Below, one piece after another: positions 62,935 through 64,000 of a stretch of DNA of 64,000 bases. A program made the translations under genes and the position numbers. This stretch comes from Malacoraja senta (lineage: Eukaryota). The stretch's first letter is position 1. Each line of letters begins with the position of its first letter. Where the stretch lies: contig CM075984.1 of NCBI GenBank assembly GCA_038087875.1, forward strand, positions 21,328,001 through 21,392,000, written 5' to 3'. Under the pieces are notes generated by a model, which saw only the letters and a list, made by a program, of their open reading frames with translations, made no database searches and was not told the origin of the DNA.

Positions 62935-63200
62935 AAGTGGCACTGTGGTATAGCGGTACAGTTGATGCCCTACAGTACCAGAGCCCCAGGTTTGATCCTG
63001 ACTACGGGTATTGTCTGTACGGAGTTTGTGTGTTCTCCCTGTGACTCAGTGGGTTTTCTCGGATTTCCTCTTACATCCTACTGTATGGTAAATCAAATTT
63101 CACTGTACCTTAAATGGTACACGTGGCAATAAAGGACCATTGAACCATTGAATCCCAAAGGCGTGCAAGTTTGTAAGTTATTTAGCATAAGTAAATTGAT
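62935..63200 (+). mobile_element. HE1-like SINE with an internal Rex-tail fragment (about 63075-63150)
   Basis: Head and core, then GGTACACGTGGCAATAAA..CCATTGAACCATTGAA, then the SINE resumes at ATCCCAAAGGCGTGCAAGTTTG. Confidence 0.7.
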
Positions 63201-63511
63201 CCTCATGTACATTATGAGTAAAGAATCCTTCTTTAAGGAAGATGTCTGTTATAGTTCAGCAGTCATTTACAGCCACATGCTATTACCTTTTGTCCTGTAT
63301 AAAAATGATCTTTTTCTGTACGTCCAAAATTAACTGGAACAGTGAGAATAGAGGTTGTCAATGATTTAGCTTGTCCTAGTTTCTTCAACATGTTGGGGGG
63401 TTTTTACCTATAAGGTGTATTTTTGGAAAAGAAACACATGCAACCTTGATGTATTGTCGATGAAAATCTATATGAGATCTAACTGGTCTAGTTGAATAAT
63501 GTTTGATATTG

Positions 63512-63733
63512 AAGATAGATACAATATGCTGGAGTAACTCAGTGGGACAGGCAGAAACTGGAGAGAAGGAATGGATGACGTTTTGGTTCGAGACTACTTC
63601 AGAATAAGAAGAGTCTCGACCCAAAACGTTGCCCATTCCTTCTCTTCAGAGATGCTGCCAGTCCCGCTGAGTTACTCCAGCATTTTGTGTCGATCTTCGG
63701 TGTAAACCAGCTTCTGCAGTTCCTTCCGACACA
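63512..63733. repeat. Fold-back Penelope-derived repeat
   Basis: Arms centred at about 63605. Confidence 0.8.
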
Positions 63734-64000
63734 ATGTTTGATATTGAACAATTTCAGCAATTAGACAAGATAGGTAGAAGCATGGCACGGAGAGGGGTAA
63801 GACCTGGATTAAATTGCATTTATTGCAATGCAAGAGGCCTGACAAGTGAGGTGGATGAACTGAGGGCATGATGGGGATTGGGATAGAAACATAGAAAATA
63901 GGTGCAGGAGTAGGCCATTCTGCTCTTCGAGACCGCACCGCCAATCAATATGCTCATGGCTGATCATCCAAAATCAGTACCCCGTTCCATTTTTTTCCCC

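Noticed and set aside
57575-64000. EIF2A exon 2
   Set aside because: No sequence encoding the recalled VRGSEG...GPP motif was found by eye; probably beyond the window.

Overview
Vertebrate (not prokaryotic) genomic DNA, most likely from a cartilaginous fish such as a skate or ray; this is inferred from the HE1-type SINE, CR1 and Penelope repeat content. Three host genes can be read directly from exons with canonical GT-AG sites. (1) The last two exons and 3'UTR of TSC22D2 (+; 12831-12882 and 15037-15312; polyA signal 16697). (2) The complete 66-aa SERP1/RAMP4 CDS (-; 49759-49676, 48854-48779, 26270-26230), with a 22.5-kb second intron. (3) The first coding exon of EIF2A (+; 57547-57574) in a CpG island shared head-to-head with SERP1. 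This matches the TSC22D2-SERP1-EIF2A order known from human 3q25. Most of the remaining sequence is transposon-derived: three Tc1 IR/DR copies, PIF/Harbinger and hAT MITEs, CR1, L2, Rex-Babar, Nimb/I, Tx1 and Penelope retroelements, tRNA-derived SINEs and mini/microsatellites, with several nested insertions. The most interesting observations are a candidate alternative promoter and first exon (4714-4772) that splices in frame to give a 128-aa GILZ/TSC-22-like short TSC22D2 isoform, a dispersed family of fold-back Penelope-derived repeats carrying minimal hammerhead-ribozyme cores, and several young teleost-like elements (Nimb, AFC-like SINE, Rex, Tc1) that are horizontal-transfer candidates. 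Exon and TSD-bounded coordinates were counted base by base; boundaries of degenerate repeats are approximate. Family names come from recalled motifs, not database searches.
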